Shown: piece after piece, positions 60,667-64,000 of the stretch | Layout of the letters: each line of letters opens with the position of its first letter | Numbering within the stretch: position 1 is the first letter of the stretch | Assembly: GCA_965219455.1 (NCBI GenBank) | Contig: OZ244744.1 | Coordinates: 4,384,001-4,448,000, forward strand | Reading direction: 5' to 3' | From: Candidatus Latescibacterota bacterium | GTDB lineage: Bacteria; Latescibacterota; UBA2968; GCA-2709665 | DNA length: 64,000 nt | Notes under the pieces: model-generated | Seen by the model: only the letters and a program-made list of their open reading frames with translations | Database searches by the model: none | Told to the model about the DNA's origin: nothing | Program-made: the position numbers and the translations under genes

Positions 60667-62025
60667 GTGTCATCCACTCCCTTATTCAATAAAATTCTTG
60701 TTGCCGACCGGGGCGAAATCGCCGTGCGTGTCATCCGGGCATGCAAGGAACTTGGCATCCGGACAATCGCGGTGCATTCTGAAGCCGATGCCAATTCGCT
60801 GCATATCGGTGTTGCCGACGAGGATGTCTGCATCGGGCCGCCTCCCGGAGACCAGAGCTATCGGAACATCCCGCGTATTCTGAGTGCCGCGGAAGTGACC
60901 AACGCCGATGCAATTCACCCCGGGTACGGTCCATTGGCCGAGAATGCGGATTTTGCCGAGATGTGCGCTTCCTGCGGCATCGTGTTTATTGGACCATCGC
61001 CGGAAGCCATTCGCAGGATGGGTGACAAGGCCGTCGCGCGGGAAACGATGCTGGCGGCGGACGTGCCGGTAACGCCGGGCACGGGGGTATTGCACACCCT
61101 TAATGACGCGGAACGGGCCGCCGAAGAGATCGGTTACCCGATTCGTCTGAAAGCCGTTGCCGGCGGGGGCGGCAGAGGCATGCGCACCGTGAAATCGGCG
61201 GAGGGCCTGGAGCGGGCCTGGAATGCGGCGCAGGCCGAGGCGTCCGCCGCGTTTACGTCGGGCACGCTTTATCTGGAAAAGGAAGTCTTGGCGCCCCGGC
61301 ACGTAGAAATTCAGGTTATGGGCGACCAGGCCGGTAACATCGTGCATCTGGGTGAGCGTGAGTGTTCCATCCAGCGGCGTCATCAGAAGCTGATCGAGGA
61401 GTCTCCATCGCCAGTGGTCGACGAGGACCTGCGCAGGCGGATGGGTAAACAAGCGGTTGCGGGGGCCAGAGCGGTGGATTATTCCGGCGCCGGAACCGTG
61501 GAATTCCTGCTCGATGCATCGGGAACCTTTTATTTTCTTGAAATGAACACCCGCATTCAGGTCGAGCATCCGGTCACGGAGATGGTGACGGGAATCGACC
61601 TGGTGAAGACGCAGATCCGGGTTGCTGCGGGGGAAACGCTTCCGTTTGCTCAGGCAGACGTACAGCCGGCGGGGCACGCCATCGAATGCCGCATCAACGC
61701 GGAGGATCCCGACCACAACTTCCGTCCGTCCGCGGGGTTAATCAGCACTTTCCATGCACCGGGCGGCCCGGGTATCCGCATCGATTCTCATGCATATGCC
61801 GGCTATCGTGTCCCCTCCTACTACGATTCGCTCCTTGCCAAGTTGCTGGCGTATGGAGACACCCGTGAGGAAGCAACGGCGCGTATGGTGCGTGCACTCG
61901 AGGAATTCGTGATCGAGGGAATCCCTACAACCATTCCATTTCATCTCAACGCGATGCGGCATTCCGATTTTCACCAGGGTCGGATCGACACGGAATTCGT
62001 GGCCAGGTTGGGGTATGGAGGTTAG
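60667..62025 (+). CDS. accC: Acetyl-CoA carboxylase biotin carboxylase subunit
   Basis: [53 protein letters not shown]. Confidence 0.96.
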   Translation: MSSTPLFNKILVADRGEIAVRVIRACKELGIRTIAVHSEADANSLHIGVADEDVCIGPPPGDQSYRNIPRILSAAEVTNADAIHPGYGPLAENADFAEMCASCGIVFIGPSPEAIRRMGDKAVARETMLAADVPVTPGTGVLHTLNDAERAAEEIGYPIRLKAVAGGGGRGMRTVKSAEGLERAWNAAQAEASAAFTSGTLYLEKEVLAPRHVEIQVMGDQAGNIVHLGERECSIQRRHQKLIEESPSPVVDEDLRRRMGKQAVAGARAVDYSGAGTVEFLLDASGTFYFLEMNTRIQVEHPVTEMVTGIDLVKTQIRVAAGETLPFAQADVQPAGHAIECRINAEDPDHNFRPSAGLISTFHAPGGPGIRIDSHAYAGYRVPSYYDSLLAKLLAYGDTREEATARMVRALEEFVIEGIPTTIPFHLNAMRHSDFHQGRIDTEFVARLGYGG

Positions 62026-62189
62026 CAGCCCGTTGAAAAAGTCCATCCGGGCTACGGCCGGCTCTTGTGGCCGAATTACTGCGTTGCGCTCCCTTCCCGA
62101 ATCCCCCGATTCGGCTCGGTCGCGCGCCTTGTCTTCGGTCACAATGGCTCGGCTTCGCCTACAGAGCAACTTTTCCAACGGACTGTTAG
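62022..62189. mobile_element. MITE family A, un-nested copy
   Basis: Imperfect TIR tagcagcccgttgaaaaag / cttttccaacggactgtta; homologous to 32563-32882. Confidence 0.8.
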
Positions 62190-62289
62190 GCCTCGACCCG
62201 ACCCCGCATATATAGGATAACACGAGTCGGGAAGACATAACGACCCACGCGGAATATATCACTTTCTTTACATTCGGGAGCCATCAACC

Positions 62290-62676
62290 ATGTCGGAGAT
62301 TCCGGAAGGCCTCCTGTACACGTCAGAGCACGAGTGGATTCGTGTCGAGGGCGATCGGGGCACGATTGGCATCACAGACTATGCGCAAGGCGAGTTGGGC
62401 GATGTCGTTTTTGCCGAATTGCCGCAACCGGGAGATCAGTTCGAGCAGGGCCAGGCCTTAGGGACGATCGAGGCGGTGAAGACGGTGGAGGACCTTTACG
62501 CGCCGGTGTCGGGCGAAGTGCTCGAGGTTCACGACGAACTCGGCGAGGATGCGGCTCCGATCAACTCAGATCCATATGGTGAAGGCTGGATGATCGTGGT
62601 TCGGATGACCTGTAGTGACGAACTCGAATCGCTTCTCAGCCCGCAGGCCTATGGCGAGCTTATCGAGGAGCGTTAG
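62290..62676 (+). CDS. gcvH: Glycine cleavage system H protein
   Basis: YTSEHEWI, GITDYAQGELGDVVF, IEAVKTV lipoyl-Lys, INSDPYGEGWM. Confidence 0.96.
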   Translation: MSEIPEGLLYTSEHEWIRVEGDRGTIGITDYAQGELGDVVFAELPQPGDQFEQGQALGTIEAVKTVEDLYAPVSGEVLEVHDELGEDAAPINSDPYGEGWMIVVRMTCSDELESLLSPQAYGELIEER

Positions 62677-62970
62677 CAGCCGACGATGTCCACTGATACA
62701 TCACCGACAGGGCTCGACGACCTGGGTTTTCAGGACCGGCCCACCGGGTGCCGACCCGGGTCGGACCTGCACACGCGGTTTTAACTTTCGGCGCGTGGTA
62801 AGCGCTTGACTTCGTTTTATAAAGGCTTTATTTTTTTTCTCTTAAGAGATATTCGGCGCGCATGGCCGGTCTTCTGACGACGACAGAAGGACCGGGTCAT
62901 TTGCAATGCGGGTCGACCGCTTCAGCGACGTTCAATCTTCTTTGCCCCGGGCTGTTGCAAAAGGGGGTGG

Positions 62971-63480
62971 GTGCCATTGCTAAACCGGCCGGTGCTGGTC
63001 CTGAACCAGAGTTACGAACCCATCCAGGTGTGTAACGTACGGCGGGCTATTGTTCTCGTGTTTCGTGGGCGGGCAGAGGTCATTGAAGCGCTGGATCTGT
63101 ATGTCCGAACGGTTTCCGACCGATTTCCGGTGCCCAGTGTCGTACGCCTCGGGCTTTACGTTCGCGTTGTCCCCAAGCAACTTGCGCTGTCCAAAAAAAA
63201 CGTCCTGAAACGGGATGGACACCGGTGCCAGTATTGTGGGACCCGAAAGGGTCCAATGACAGTCGACCACGTGGTTCCCCGTACCGGAAACGGGCGGGAC
63301 ACATGGGAGAATCTGGTGTGTGCCTGTTTGCCTTGCAACAACCTCAAGGGCAATCAAACGCCGGAACAGGCAGGAATCAATTTGCTGCGCCGACCTCGCA
63401 GGCCCAGTACCGTCACCTCCATCAGCCAGTTGATCGGGGTGCCGGACCGCCGGTGGCGGCCGTATCTGTTTATGGATTGA
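62971..63480 (+). CDS. HNH endonuclease family protein
   Basis: VLVLNQSYEP, RDGHRCQYCG, TVDHVVPR..G..TWENLVCAC..CNNLKG. Confidence 0.9.
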   Translation: MPLLNRPVLVLNQSYEPIQVCNVRRAIVLVFRGRAEVIEALDLYVRTVSDRFPVPSVVRLGLYVRVVPKQLALSKKNVLKRDGHRCQYCGTRKGPMTVDHVVPRTGNGRDTWENLVCACLPCNNLKGNQTPEQAGINLLRRPRRPSTVTSISQLIGVPDRRWRPYLFMD

Positions 63481-63583
63481 AGCGCGGGCTCCAATGGCCC
63501 GAACCGCGCGGGGATACATCACTTCTCCGACCCGCGTATCGAACAGGTTGGGGACCCGGCAAACGTCAAGGGAGATTGCTTGA

Positions 63584-64000
63584 ATGAATGCCGAACCGCT
63601 GGCAGTTCAGGGAAACGCCGGAGGCGATGCCTACGGGGTGAAACTGGATGTTTTCGAGGGGCCGCTGGACCTGCTGCTTTTTCTGATTCGCAAGGATGAG
63701 ATCGACGTTTACGATATACCCATCGCCGACGTCACACGGCAGTTTCTGGAGTTTGTCGAAGTGATGCAGACGCTCAATCTGGAACCTGCCGGAGATTTTC
63801 TGGTCATGGCGGCCACGCTAATGAAGATCAAGTCGCGCATGTTGCTGCCCGCGGATCCCGATGCGGATGAGGAAGAAGAGGATCCCAGAGAAGAGCTGGT
63901 TCGGCGCCTGCTGGAATACCGGCAATTCAAGGAAGTGGCCAACTGGCTCGAAGACAAGCAGGATTCACATCGGGATTGCTTTTACCGCGGGGCCGCTCTG
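63584..64000 (+). CDS. scpA: Segregation and condensation protein A (3' end runs off window)
   Basis: Manual translation: VKLDVFEGPLDLLLFLIRKDEIDVYDIPIA...AGDFLVMAATLMKIKSRMLLP...DPREELVRRLLEYRQFKE. Confidence 0.93.
   Translation, partial: MNAEPLAVQGNAGGDAYGVKLDVFEGPLDLLLFLIRKDEIDVYDIPIADVTRQFLEFVEVMQTLNLEPAGDFLVMAATLMKIKSRMLLPADPDADEEEEDPREELVRRLLEYRQFKEVANWLEDKQDSHRDCFYRGAAL

Noticed and set aside
60697-60720. AccC ADRGEIA instead of the usual ANRGEIA
   Set aside because: A single substitution in an otherwise intact gene; could be natural variation or a base error.
62971-63480. HNH gene as a mobile or defence element
   Set aside because: It matches the common stand-alone chromosomal HNH type, with no methylase, repeats or insertion boundaries.

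Overview
GC-rich bacterial chromosomal window in three parts. (1) 1-4.5 kb holds metabolic genes: partial 2-oxoacid:ferredoxin oxidoreductase alpha, a CBS protein, an MlrC/M81 peptidase and a creatininase. (2) 4.6-33.2 kb is a head-to-tail array of 11 paralogous minus-strand genes (8 intact, 3 disrupted). Each encodes a signal peptide, about 14 HET-E-like WD40 blades with hypervariable surface positions, and a C-terminal dockerin/EF-hand-like Ca-binding pair. The copies are mosaics of each other, with blade duplications, deletions and shared tracts, and are separated by a conserved non-coding leader (10-bp repeats, orphan perfect Shine-Dalgarno boxes, a covarying hairpin). Copy 6 is split by a 1.7-kb mobile element with no terminal inverted repeats, subterminal hairpins, CTA at both junctions and one ORF with Rep_trans-like tyrosine-relaxase motifs plus a winged helix: a candidate undescribed non-DDE transposon. 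(3) 33.3-64 kb holds a heparinase II/III-aldolase glycan catabolic cluster and housekeeping genes (slt, rdgB, DnaC-like ATPase, an internally deleted amidase, smpB, mnmG, bioB, efp, accBC, gcvH, HNH, scpA), plus two MITE families, one nested in the other. The gene content resembles Latescibacterota/Gemmatimonadota-like sponge symbionts (inference only). All protein-family calls come from motif recognition by eye, not database searches.
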